Position numbers and translations under genes: made by a program. Positions 9,519 through 17,798 of a DNA stretch of 64,000 bases are shown here, in pieces. The stretch lies in assembly GCA_001822075.1 (NCBI GenBank), contig MHPK01000003.1, positions 9,437 through 73,436 of the forward strand, read 5' to 3'. Numbering within the stretch: the stretch's first letter is position 1; the number at the start of each line of letters is the position of its first letter. The stretch is from Candidatus Staskawiczbacteria bacterium RIFOXYB1_FULL_38_37. GTDB taxonomy: Bacteria; Patescibacteriota; Minisyncoccia; Minisyncoccales; Staskawiczbacteraceae. The notes under the pieces are model-generated. The model was not told the origin of the DNA. It was given only the letters and a program-made list of their open reading frames with translations, and made no database searches.

Positions 9519-10421
9519 ATGAAACTATATGATGGGATAAAACAATTTAATCAGTGGCGGGCGCTAAAGGTGAAACGCATAGACGGATATGACCTTGATT
9601 TGAGGCAGTTTTGCATATTCGTAGGCAACAAGGAAATTGAGGACGTAACAATTCAAGAGATAGTGGCTTGGCTTGGCTGGTATAAAAAACTGGATTTTGC
9701 CGCTTGGACTGTGCTGAAAAAGGCAATGGCTCTGCGTAAATTCTTTGAGTACTATGGCAGAATGAAATTTGATGTTGTGGATTACTGGTTAATTCCAATG
9801 CCACGGAAGGAGTTTACAATGCCCCGTGTCTGCACAGAGCAGACGTATAGGCAACTATTAAGCGTTATACCAAAGAAAAGCACGACCTATTATCATCTAC
9901 GAAATAGGTGTTTGATAAATCTTGTTTGGGACACCGGAGCAAGGCTGGGTGAAATTGTCGCCTTGAACACGGGTGACTTGGATCTAAAAAATCATTCAAT
10001 AGTTATTAAAACGGAAAAGAGCCGAGGAATGCGACCATTCAGAAAAATACCTTACGGAAAAGAAAGTGCGGTTTCGATGAGAAAATGGATGAGAAAACGA
10101 ACGGAAATTGCGAAAGAGCGGGATTTGCCACAACCGGAAGCTTTGTTTATTGGACTGAAAGGCGGCAGTGGCATCGCCGGCAGAAGATTGGCAATGTGTG
10201 CGGCCGGAGAAATATTTAGAAAATATTCAAACAAAGCCGGCCTGCCGTACGTGAATGCACACTCGCTTAGGCATCACTTCGGCACGGATCTGGCCAAAAG
10301 GGGATTCAATAATTCGTTAATTTCAGAGGCACTGGGCCACAGCCAGCTGTCGTCATCATTCCAGTATACGCAAGTAAATAATGAGGATCTTGAGTTCGCA
10401 TTGCGAAAAAGGTTGAATTAA
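9519..10421 (+). CDS. tyrosine site-specific recombinase / integrase (XerC/D-like)
   Basis: N-terminal SAM-like domain; catalytic pattern ARLGEI (R), HSLRHHF (HxxR), LGHS (H), FQYTQ (Y); ATG 9519 used because the TTG 9480 extension lies in the hairpin. Confidence 0.85.
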   Translation: MKLYDGIKQFNQWRALKVKRIDGYDLDLRQFCIFVGNKEIEDVTIQEIVAWLGWYKKLDFAAWTVLKKAMALRKFFEYYGRMKFDVVDYWLIPMPRKEFTMPRVCTEQTYRQLLSVIPKKSTTYYHLRNRCLINLVWDTGARLGEIVALNTGDLDLKNHSIVIKTEKSRGMRPFRKIPYGKESAVSMRKWMRKRTEIAKERDLPQPEALFIGLKGGSGIAGRRLAMCAAGEIFRKYSNKAGLPYVNAHSLRHHFGTDLAKRGFNNSLISEALGHSQLSSSFQYTQVNNEDLEFALRKRLN

Positions 10422-10424
10422 AAT

Positions 10425-10452
10425 TTGACACGCGGTCTTGGCGGAGTATAAT
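10425..10452 (+). promoter_or_regulatory. sigma70-type promoter (TTGACA-16-TATAAT)
   Basis: TTGACA 10425-10430, TATAAT 10447-10452. Confidence 0.55.
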
Positions 10453-10480
10453 TATATAAAAGACGAAGGAGTTTGATAAT

Positions 10481-10561
10481 TTGGGTAGAAATTCTCTTTC
10501 GGTGTGTCTAAAATTTATTTCGTGGACTGCGAGAAATATGGGCATAGAAATTAAGGAATAA
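10481..10561 (+). CDS. possible 26-aa micro-ORF
   Basis: AAGGAG 10466-10471, 9-nt spacer, TTG start; (M)GRNSLSVCLKFISWTARNMGIEIKE; bounded by promoter and terminator. Confidence 0.2.
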   Translation: MGRNSLSVCLKFISWTARNMGIEIKE

Positions 10562-10580
10562 ACATAATAAATTACACTAA

Positions 10581-10607
10581 AACCGAGATTCAAATCTCGG
10601 TTTTTGG
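10581..10607 (+). terminator. intrinsic terminator
   Basis: AACCGAGAT-TCAA-ATCTCGGTT followed by T-run. Confidence 0.7.
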
Positions 10608-10671
10608 TTGTGTTAATGCTCAATTGAATTTTTATAGGATATTATGGTATACTAAAAATGAACCTAAAATT

Positions 10672-10965
10672 ATGAATGTAAACGAGATAAAAAATAAAAT
10701 AAAGAGCGAGGAGCCATTTTTAAGAGAAAACTTCCGAGTCAAAAAAATCGGCATTTTTGGCTCGTACTCGCGAGGCGAACAAAGGAAATCCAGCGACATT
10801 GATGTCTTGGTTGAATATTATGAAGCTCCCAGTATGTTTGAATATTTGGATTTGGAGGAATTTTTAAGCAAGATTTTGAATGGGATTAAGGTTGACCTGG
10901 TAATGAAAAATTCCTTGAAGCGCTACATTGGCGAACGCATATTAAGCGAAGTTATTTACATATGA
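10672..10965 (+). CDS. mntA: MNT-type nucleotidyltransferase (antitoxin of HEPN/MNT pair)
   Basis: GIFGSYSRGEQRKSSDIDVLV (GSxxRG...SDxD) motif; 4-nt ATGA overlap with downstream HEPN gene. Confidence 0.85.
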   Translation: MNVNEIKNKIKSEEPFLRENFRVKKIGIFGSYSRGEQRKSSDIDVLVEYYEAPSMFEYLDLEEFLSKILNGIKVDLVMKNSLKRYIGERILSEVIYI

Positions 10966-11339
10966 GAAAATCTTCACCAAAGAGAAGTTATAAGGATTAT
11001 TTGCTGGATATGGAAGACGCACTAAATAAAATTGAGAAATTTTCTGAAGGATTTGATTTTGAAAAATTTTGTGAAGATGAAAAAACTCAAGAAGCTATTA
11101 TTAGAAAGTTTGAAATAGTTGGCGAGGCTGTCGGAAAGGTTCCAGTAAAAGTCAAAAAAGAACATGCAAGTATTCCGTGGAAAAAAATATCAAACATGAG
11201 GAATAAGCTAATCCATGAGTATTTTGGAATTAATAAAGAAGTTGTTTGGAAAACAATAAAAGAAGATATTCCCACTCTCAAAGGCGAGATGCTAAAATTG
11301 ATGAAAAATTTGGATATTGAAAATAGTCGATTGGTTTGA
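10962..11339 (+). CDS. hepT: HEPN/DUF86 RNase toxin (HepT-like)
   Basis: Rx4H motif RNKLIHEY near the C-terminus; size and pairing with MNT. Confidence 0.85.
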   Translation: MRKSSPKRSYKDYLLDMEDALNKIEKFSEGFDFEKFCEDEKTQEAIIRKFEIVGEAVGKVPVKVKKEHASIPWKKISNMRNKLIHEYFGINKEVVWKTIKEDIPTLKGEMLKLMKNLDIENSRLV

Positions 11340-11410
11340 AATATAGCCTGCGAGGGCGTCAGTCTCTATCGGCATAGAAGTGAAAGATTAAAACGCAATA
11401 GATTTTGTAA

Positions 11411-11444
11411 AAATCAACCTTGAAATGGGGTTGATTTTTATTTT
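11411..11444 (+). terminator. intrinsic terminator
   Basis: AAATCAACC ... GGTTGATTT followed by T-run. Confidence 0.65.
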
Positions 11445-11504
11445 ACTAAGGTGGTAGAATGACTATACTAAATTATTAAATGTTCGCCGAGTGGCGGAAA
11501 CAAT

Positions 11505-12122
11505 ATGGAAAACCAAAAATATATTCGGCCGTCATGGGATGACTATTTTTTAAATTTAGTGGAGCCTGTAGGCAGCAGGGGAACTTGCGATAGGGGAAGA
11601 AGCGGAGCTATAATTGTTGGGCCGGGCCACACAATAATAGCAACAGGATATGTGGGGGCTGCCCCGGGCCAGCCTCATTGCGATGAAGTTGGACATTTGA
11701 TACGTACGATAATCGATGAAAACGGAAATCAATCTCAGCACTGCGTAAGAACTTTGCACGCTGAAGAAAATGCAATTCTACAATGCGCAAAAGACGGCAT
11801 CAACGTTCAGGGAGCTACTATTTATTGCAAAATGGTGCCTTGCTATAATTGCGCAATGAGAATTGTAAGGGTGGGAATCAAAAGGGTTGTAGCCCAAAAA
11901 AGGTATCACGCAGACCAAATGACAATAAAATTATTTAGGGATGCAGAAGTTAACTTGGTTGTTATGGATAACTCTGTTGAAGATTACAGCAATCAGGGCG
12001 TTAAACTGGAAAAAATAAAACCGGCAATAGACGAAGATGGATTTGTTTCAATTAAAGAAGTTTTAATGCAAGAAGGCAAAGTAGAAGATATAAATAACAA
12101 AGAAATAAGAGGATTTAATTAA
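11505..12122 (+). CDS. dCMP deaminase (cytidine/deoxycytidylate deaminase family) with C-terminal extension
   Basis: Zinc motifs HAEENA and PCYNCA. Confidence 0.85.
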   Translation: MENQKYIRPSWDDYFLNLVEPVGSRGTCDRGRSGAIIVGPGHTIIATGYVGAAPGQPHCDEVGHLIRTIIDENGNQSQHCVRTLHAEENAILQCAKDGINVQGATIYCKMVPCYNCAMRIVRVGIKRVVAQKRYHADQMTIKLFRDAEVNLVVMDNSVEDYSNQGVKLEKIKPAIDEDGFVSIKEVLMQEGKVEDINNKEIRGFN

Positions 12123-12123
12123 T

Positions 12124-12729
12124 ATGAATAAAGATAACGAACTTATTTTAGTTGTCCCGAGCAAAATAATTTTTAAAAATGGTGTTTGGCAGGGATTAAA
12201 AAAAGACAATTTGGATTATTATATTGATTTAATAAAAAATAATTGCCAATTCAAAAGAAGAGGGGACGTTGAAACAGACCCCTCTTTTCAGCAGATAATT
12301 CCATATATTGTTTTTAACTATCAAGATAAATATTTTTTGTATAAATATCTTCCGAAAGCTGGCGAAAAGAGATTGGTTGACACTTATCAGCTTGGAGTTG
12401 GAGGGCATATAAATCCAGAGGATGGAGACGAGAATAAAGATATTTTAGAAGTTGGCATGATGAGAGAATGGTCAGAAGAAGTGGATTTTAAAGGAAATTT
12501 TTTAAGCAAAAAATTAGTGGGAATTTTAAACGATGATTCGGCTCCGGTAGAACAAGTGCATTTGGGTTTAGTTTATAACTTTGAAGGTGATAGTCCCGAA
12601 ATTTCAATAAAAGAAACAGACAAAATGCAGGGCGAGCTAGTTGATATAAAAAGTGTGGGGGAGTATATAAAAGGCAACCCGGGCATTTGGGTGCGCATAG
12701 TTTATAACGAGTATTTAAGAAAATTATAA
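12124..12729 (+). CDS. divergent Nudix-like hydrolase (tentative)
   Basis: GGHINPE...REWSEEV resembles a Nudix box with an insertion; sits in the dTTP-synthesis gene block. Confidence 0.4.
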   Translation: MNKDNELILVVPSKIIFKNGVWQGLKKDNLDYYIDLIKNNCQFKRRGDVETDPSFQQIIPYIVFNYQDKYFLYKYLPKAGEKRLVDTYQLGVGGHINPEDGDENKDILEVGMMREWSEEVDFKGNFLSKKLVGILNDDSAPVEQVHLGLVYNFEGDSPEISIKETDKMQGELVDIKSVGEYIKGNPGIWVRIVYNEYLRKL

Positions 12730-13346
12730 TGATAAAAAATAATTATCCGGGAAAATTTATTGTTATTGAAGGATTGGACGGCTCTGGCAAGTCAGCCCAG
12801 GTTGATTTGGTAATTGATTATTTAAAACAAAACGAAAAAGATGTTGTTGTCACAAAAGAGCCGACTGTTGATTCAGAAGCCGGCAAAAAAGTAAAACAAG
12901 CTTTAAGACATGAAATTTCGGTAGAGCCCCTGGAATTGCAGGGTTTGTATGTGCAGGACAGAAAAGAGCATTTAGAAAATAAAGTTATTCCGGCCTTAAA
13001 AGACGGAAAATTTGTAGTTTCAAGCCGTTATGCTTTTTCAACTTTTGCTTACGGGTATTCTGACGGATTGGACGTTGATTTATTAATAAAAATGAACGAT
13101 AATTTTTTATTGCCAGACTTAACTATAATTGTGGATGTATCTCCGGAATCTTGCGTGCAAAGAATTGAAGGCAGGGGGGAGCCGAAAGAACTTTTTGAAA
13201 AATTGGAAAAACTTACAAAAGTGGGTGAGATTTATAAAAAATTGCCGAATATGTTTGAAAATGTTGTTATGGTTAACGGAGAAAGGCCTATTCCGGAAGT
13301 TTCTGAAGATATTAAAAAAACAATTAATTCTGAAATTTTAAAATAA
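12729..13346 (+). CDS. tmk: thymidylate kinase
   Basis: P-loop IEGLDGSGKS; size; context. Confidence 0.9.
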   Translation: MIKNNYPGKFIVIEGLDGSGKSAQVDLVIDYLKQNEKDVVVTKEPTVDSEAGKKVKQALRHEISVEPLELQGLYVQDRKEHLENKVIPALKDGKFVVSSRYAFSTFAYGYSDGLDVDLLIKMNDNFLLPDLTIIVDVSPESCVQRIEGRGEPKELFEKLEKLTKVGEIYKKLPNMFENVVMVNGERPIPEVSEDIKKTINSEILK

Positions 13347-13347
13347 T

Positions 13348-14811
13348 ATGAACGAGCAGAGAAGAATTTATACATTGCCGAATAGTTTAATGCCGGAAGT
13401 AAAAGCGGTTACTTTTGCAAAATGTTCAAGGTCTGCCGAACCTTTTGATAAAATTGCCCAAGAGCTCACAGATGAAAAATCAGCAGAGTTCCACGATAAG
13501 TGGGTTGTTGGCTTCGGCCATTCTTCAATTGCAGAGCACGCTGTAATTTCTCTGGCCGTTGAAAATGTTTCTAATATAGCAACAAAAATTATAGAAGATT
13601 CAAGGCTGGCATCTTTTACGGAAAAATCTTCAAGATACCAGATTTTTAATAAAGATAAGCTTTATATGCCAGAAAATGTTATAAATTCAGAGCTAAAAGA
13701 TGTTTATTTGGATGCTGTAAATTCATTAATGGATGTTTATGAAGTTTTAACAGAGCCAATGTCAGCTTTTATCAAGCAAAAATATCCCCGCCCCCAAGAG
13801 CAGGATGAAAAGCTTTATAACATGGTTTCAAAAGCCAGAACCTGCGATAATTTAAGGTATTTATTGCCCACAGCCGCTTTAACAAATCTTGGCATAACTA
13901 TTAACACAAGAGAGTTAGAGCACTTGATTAAAAAATTGCTTTCCCATCCATTAAAAGAAATGCAGGACATAGGAAAAGAAATAAAAGAAAAAACAATGGA
14001 GCAGGTTCCGACATTGATAAAATTTGCCGATAAAAATTTGTATATTGAAAAAACAAAACAGGAGTTGAAAAAAATTGCAGATTGGGAGCTGGGCAAAGAT
14101 GCCGGCCAGAATCAGGCAGTGACCATTGTTGGCTACGACCCTAAAGCTCAAAATAAATTAATTATAGCTTTACTTTATCCGTATTCTAATTTATCTTACA
14201 ACGAAATTTCAGAAAAAGTTTTGCGTTTGCCTGAAGAAAAAAAAGAAAGAATAATAGACGAAGCATTAAAGCGCAGAGATAAATTTGATGCTCCTTTAAG
14301 AGAATTAGAGCATGTTTATTACACTTTTGATATTTTATTAGATTACGGAGCTTTTAGAGACGTCCAGCGCCACAGAATGTGCACGCAATCTAACCAGCCG
14401 GTAACAGTGGCGCACGGATATGACTTGCCGCCGGAAATCAGGGAAGCAGGTTTTGAAAATAAGTTTAAAGAGGTGGCAGAAAAAGCAGTTGAGGCTTATA
14501 ATAAAATATATGAGGAGTTTCCCGAGGAGGCCCAATACGTTGTGCCGTTCTGTTTTAGAAAAAGAGTTTTAATAACATGGAACTTAAGAGAGCTTCATCA
14601 TTTTATATCTTTAAGGTCCGGCAAAAAAGGCCATGCCTCATACAGAAGAATTGCCCAGCAGTGCTGGAGAGAGTTAAATAAAATCCAGCCCTTATTGGCA
14701 AAATATATAAGAGTGGATATGGATGATATGAATGTTTCATGGGCAGCTTCATTAGAAAACAAAGATTTTTATTATAACCCATACGCAGCAAGGCAAAATC
14801 AAAATAAATAA
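13348..14811 (+). CDS. thyX: flavin-dependent thymidylate synthase, double-length (tandem) ThyX
   Basis: C-terminal half carries QRHRMCTQS (RHR motif); N-terminal half carries degenerate DSRLASFTEKSSRY (SxRY part); 487 aa, about two ThyX units. Confidence 0.85.
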   Translation: MNEQRRIYTLPNSLMPEVKAVTFAKCSRSAEPFDKIAQELTDEKSAEFHDKWVVGFGHSSIAEHAVISLAVENVSNIATKIIEDSRLASFTEKSSRYQIFNKDKLYMPENVINSELKDVYLDAVNSLMDVYEVLTEPMSAFIKQKYPRPQEQDEKLYNMVSKARTCDNLRYLLPTAALTNLGITINTRELEHLIKKLLSHPLKEMQDIGKEIKEKTMEQVPTLIKFADKNLYIEKTKQELKKIADWELGKDAGQNQAVTIVGYDPKAQNKLIIALLYPYSNLSYNEISEKVLRLPEEKKERIIDEALKRRDKFDAPLRELEHVYYTFDILLDYGAFRDVQRHRMCTQSNQPVTVAHGYDLPPEIREAGFENKFKEVAEKAVEAYNKIYEEFPEEAQYVVPFCFRKRVLITWNLRELHHFISLRSGKKGHASYRRIAQQCWRELNKIQPLLAKYIRVDMDDMNVSWAASLENKDFYYNPYAARQNQNK

Positions 14812-14814
14812 ATT

Positions 14815-16269
14815 ATGGCGTATAAAGCAACAATTGGATTAGAAATACACGCAGAGCTAAAAACAAATTCAAAAATGTTTTGCTCTTGTAAAAATGACCC
14901 GGATGAAAAACGGCCTAATTTTAATATCTGCCCGGTTTGTACTGCCCAGCCCGGAACCTTGCCTGTGGCCAACGAAGAAGCAATAAAAAAAGTTATAAAA
15001 ACCGGACTGGCTTTAAATTGCAAAATAGCCGAAGATTCAAAATTTGACCGCAAAAATTATTTTTATCCGGATCTTCCAAAAGGCTACCAGATTTCGCAAT
15101 ACGACCAGCCGTTATGCGAGGGAGGTTATTTAGAAGTTGAGGGACGGAAAATAAGAATTACAAGAATACACTTAGAAGAAGATACAGGGAGTTTGGTTCA
15201 CCCGGAAGGAGCAGATTATTCTTTGGTTAATTTAAATAGGGCTGGAATTCCTTTAATGGAACTGGTTACAGAACCCGACATAACATTTGGCAGAGAGGCA
15301 AGGTTATTTGCCCAAGAGTTCCAGTTTATTTTAAGGTACTTGGGAGTTTCTTCAGCTGATATGGAAAAGGGCCAAATGAGGGTGGAGGTTAATATAAGCA
15401 TAAGCAAAAATGATAAACTTGGAACGAAGGTTGAAATTAAGAATTTGAACTCTTTTAAAGTTGTTGAAAAAGCAGTTGATTTTGAAATTCAAAGGCAGAA
15501 AGAGCTTTTAGAAAATAAAGAAAAAATTATTCAGGAAACAAGAGGCTGGCATGATAAAAAAGAAATTACTTTTTCCCAGCGGGAAAAAGAAGGAGCGCAC
15601 GACTACAGATATTTTCCAGAGCCTGATTTACCGCCGATGCATTTTGACAAAGAATATATAAATGAGATAAAATTAAGTATGATAGAATTACCCGAACAAA
15701 GAAGAGAGAGATTCAAAAAAGAGTATGGTTTAGACGACCCCTCTGTTGAATTTTTTGTTGCAAACAAGGATTTGGGAGAATATTATGAAAAAGTTGTCTC
15801 TGAATTTGAAGAGTGGACTGAAGAGCAGGAAAATGATAAGGCTCACAAAAAGGCCGCCAAGCTTGTGGCAAATTATTTAATAACAGACATATTGGGGCTT
15901 TTGTCGGGCGCGCAATTTGTTGAGGCTGATTTTAAGATTACAGCAGAAAATTTTGCTGAATTTATAAAAATGATTTACAGGGATGAAGTTTCAAGCAAGA
16001 CAGCCAAAATGGTTTTAGCTGAAATGTTTAATACAGGGGGAGACCCCTCATCAATTGTTGACGAAAACAACTGGAGGCAGATGTCTGACGATTCAGAGCT
16101 GGAAAAAATTATAAAAGAAGTTATTGAAAAAAATCCAAACGCAGTTGAGGATTATAAGTCAGGCAAACAAAATTCTTTGCAATTTTTAGCAGGACAGGTT
16201 ATGAAAGAAACAAGGGGTACGGCAAAACCAGATAAAGTGCAAAAATTACTTTTAGAATTGCTGAATTAA
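14815..16269 (+). CDS. gatB: Asp/Glu-tRNA amidotransferase subunit B
   Basis: GLEIHAEL, CPVCTAQPGTLPV, C-terminal YqeY-like tail. Confidence 0.95.
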   Translation: MAYKATIGLEIHAELKTNSKMFCSCKNDPDEKRPNFNICPVCTAQPGTLPVANEEAIKKVIKTGLALNCKIAEDSKFDRKNYFYPDLPKGYQISQYDQPLCEGGYLEVEGRKIRITRIHLEEDTGSLVHPEGADYSLVNLNRAGIPLMELVTEPDITFGREARLFAQEFQFILRYLGVSSADMEKGQMRVEVNISISKNDKLGTKVEIKNLNSFKVVEKAVDFEIQRQKELLENKEKIIQETRGWHDKKEITFSQREKEGAHDYRYFPEPDLPPMHFDKEYINEIKLSMIELPEQRRERFKKEYGLDDPSVEFFVANKDLGEYYEKVVSEFEEWTEEQENDKAHKKAAKLVANYLITDILGLLSGAQFVEADFKITAENFAEFIKMIYRDEVSSKTAKMVLAEMFNTGGDPSSIVDENNWRQMSDDSELEKIIKEVIEKNPNAVEDYKSGKQNSLQFLAGQVMKETRGTAKPDKVQKLLLELLN

Positions 16270-16279
16270 TTACATAATC

Positions 16280-16303
16280 AAATACGTATTTAAATACGTA
16301 TTT
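16280..16303. repeat. tandem pair of a palindromic dodecamer AAATACGTATTT
   Basis: AAATACGTATTT at 16280-16291 and 16292-16303, each self-complementary. Confidence 0.8.
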
Positions 16304-16313
16304 CAAAAAAAGT

Positions 16314-16355
16314 AGCCCCGAATTTGCATCGTTGCAACGATGCAAATTCGGGGCT
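16314..16355. terminator. 42-nt perfect palindrome, likely bidirectional terminator
   Basis: AGCCCCGAATTTGCATCGT-TGCA-ACGATGCAAATTCGGGGCT between convergent gatB and 16372..16767; A-run upstream, T-rich downstream. Confidence 0.7.
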
Positions 16356-16371
16356 TTGTGTTGTGGGAGGG

Positions 16372-16767
16372 TCAGAACGGCCGGGGAATGGGGTCGCCGA
16401 AAGTCGGGCTGTACGCGTTGTTCGCCCTGTCCAAAATATGCAAACTATCAATGACGAACGCGTCCGGAAGATTGGTTACAGCTCCCGAACCTTTTGGGCA
16501 TATTTTCCGCAAAAAATGGCTAAAAGCCGGGTCAATCTCGCCATAACGTATCCTGACTTCGCCGTTTTCAAGAACGGCGACTGTAATGCGATTGCTATGC
16601 GACCATCGGCATAACGTTTTCCGGCTGGCATGGACAAACCCTTCCTCACCGTGCATGGTTTCGACCCATTGCAAGCCAGTGATGTTTACGAGCCCGAAGG
16701 AACGTAAATGGCGCTTAAGCTCGTGGAAAATGTGCCCTTCTTTTTTGTGGGCGAGGGTGTTGCGCAT
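16372..16767 (-). CDS. hypothetical protein (131 aa) in a GC-richer patch
   Basis: Longest ORF of the patch; strong SD (AAGGAG, 7-nt spacer) before ATG 16767; no motif recognised. Confidence 0.6.
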   Translation of the reverse strand: MRNTLAHKKEGHIFHELKRHLRSFGLVNITGLQWVETMHGEEGFVHASRKTLCRWSHSNRITVAVLENGEVRIRYGEIDPAFSHFLRKICPKGSGAVTNLPDAFVIDSLHILDRANNAYSPTFGDPIPRPF

Positions 16768-16824
16768 TATCTTTCTCCTTGTTTTGGAAGTTCTGAATGC
16801 CCCTTGTGTACTGAATTTAGTTTA

Positions 16825-17778
16825 TCATTTTTCAACAAATTTGTCAATAAGCCGTACTGCTTCCTCGCTGTTTCCAATCCAATTTATTTGTTTATCTTTT
16901 TTAAACCAAGTCATCTGACGTTTTGCAAAATGCCATGTGTTTGTTTTTATATTTTCTAAAGCTTTGTCTAATGTTATTTTTTTGGCCGCCCCGTTTTTTT
17001 CGGGGTTCAAAAAATTAATTATTTCCCGGTATCCTATAGCGTCAAAAGCCTGCTGTCCTGACCCAAATTTTTTTACTAATTTTTCTACTTCTCCAACTAA
17101 TCCTTGATTTGCCATTTGGTAAACGCGGATATTTATTATTTCCTTTAGTTTTTCTGGAGGTAAAGATATCCCAATTTCCAAGACGTCAAACAAGGGCTTG
17201 CCGGCTTTTCTTTGTTTAGAAAATGGTTTTTTGGTTAAACGGCAGACCTCTAAAGCCCTTACAACTCTTCTTGGGTTTTTAGAGTCAACAATATAAGCTG
17301 CCTCCGGGTCTAATTTTACTAATTTTTTAAAAACATAATCTAATCCGCGCTTTTCTATTTCTTTTTCAATTTTTTGGCGCAAAAGCAGATTGGTCTTTAC
17401 CTTTGGTATATTTAAATTTTCAACAACTGCTTTTATGTAAAGCCCTGTTCCGCCGGCCAAAATGGGCAGTTTGCCTTTTTTTTGTATATTTTTTATGGCT
17501 TTGACAGCATCTTTTTTGTATTCAGCTGCAGTGTAATTTTGGCTGGGATTTTTAATGTCTAAAAGCCAATGGGGTACGCCTTCCAAATCCAAGGGCTTGG
17601 CAGTTCCAATGTTCATGCCTTTATAAACCTGCCTTGAGTCAGCCGAAACCACCTCGCCATTATATTTTCTGGCAAGTTTAATAGCCAAATCAGTTTTCCC
17701 CGAAGCCGTCGGCCCCAAAATCACAATAAGCTTGTTATTTTTCACCCCGTTAGAAATTTTTTTATTTTTTATACTCAT
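16825..17778 (-). CDS. miaA: tRNA dimethylallyltransferase
   Basis: P-loop GPTASGKT and MiaA-wide similarity. Confidence 0.95.
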   Translation of the reverse strand: MSIKNKKISNGVKNNKLIVILGPTASGKTDLAIKLARKYNGEVVSADSRQVYKGMNIGTAKPLDLEGVPHWLLDIKNPSQNYTAAEYKKDAVKAIKNIQKKGKLPILAGGTGLYIKAVVENLNIPKVKTNLLLRQKIEKEIEKRGLDYVFKKLVKLDPEAAYIVDSKNPRRVVRALEVCRLTKKPFSKQRKAGKPLFDVLEIGISLPPEKLKEIINIRVYQMANQGLVGEVEKLVKKFGSGQQAFDAIGYREIINFLNPEKNGAAKKITLDKALENIKTNTWHFAKRQMTWFKKDKQINWIGNSEEAVRLIDKFVEK

Positions 17779-17798
17779 AGCTCAAATTCCCTTTATTT

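Noticed and set aside
16324-16918. Plus-strand ORFs 16324..16614, 16340..16546, 16586..16918 and 16708..16959 in the GC-richer patch
   Set aside because: They have no SD and overlap each other. They also overlap the minus-strand ORF, which has a strong AAGGAG-7-ATG start, and the miaA 3' end.
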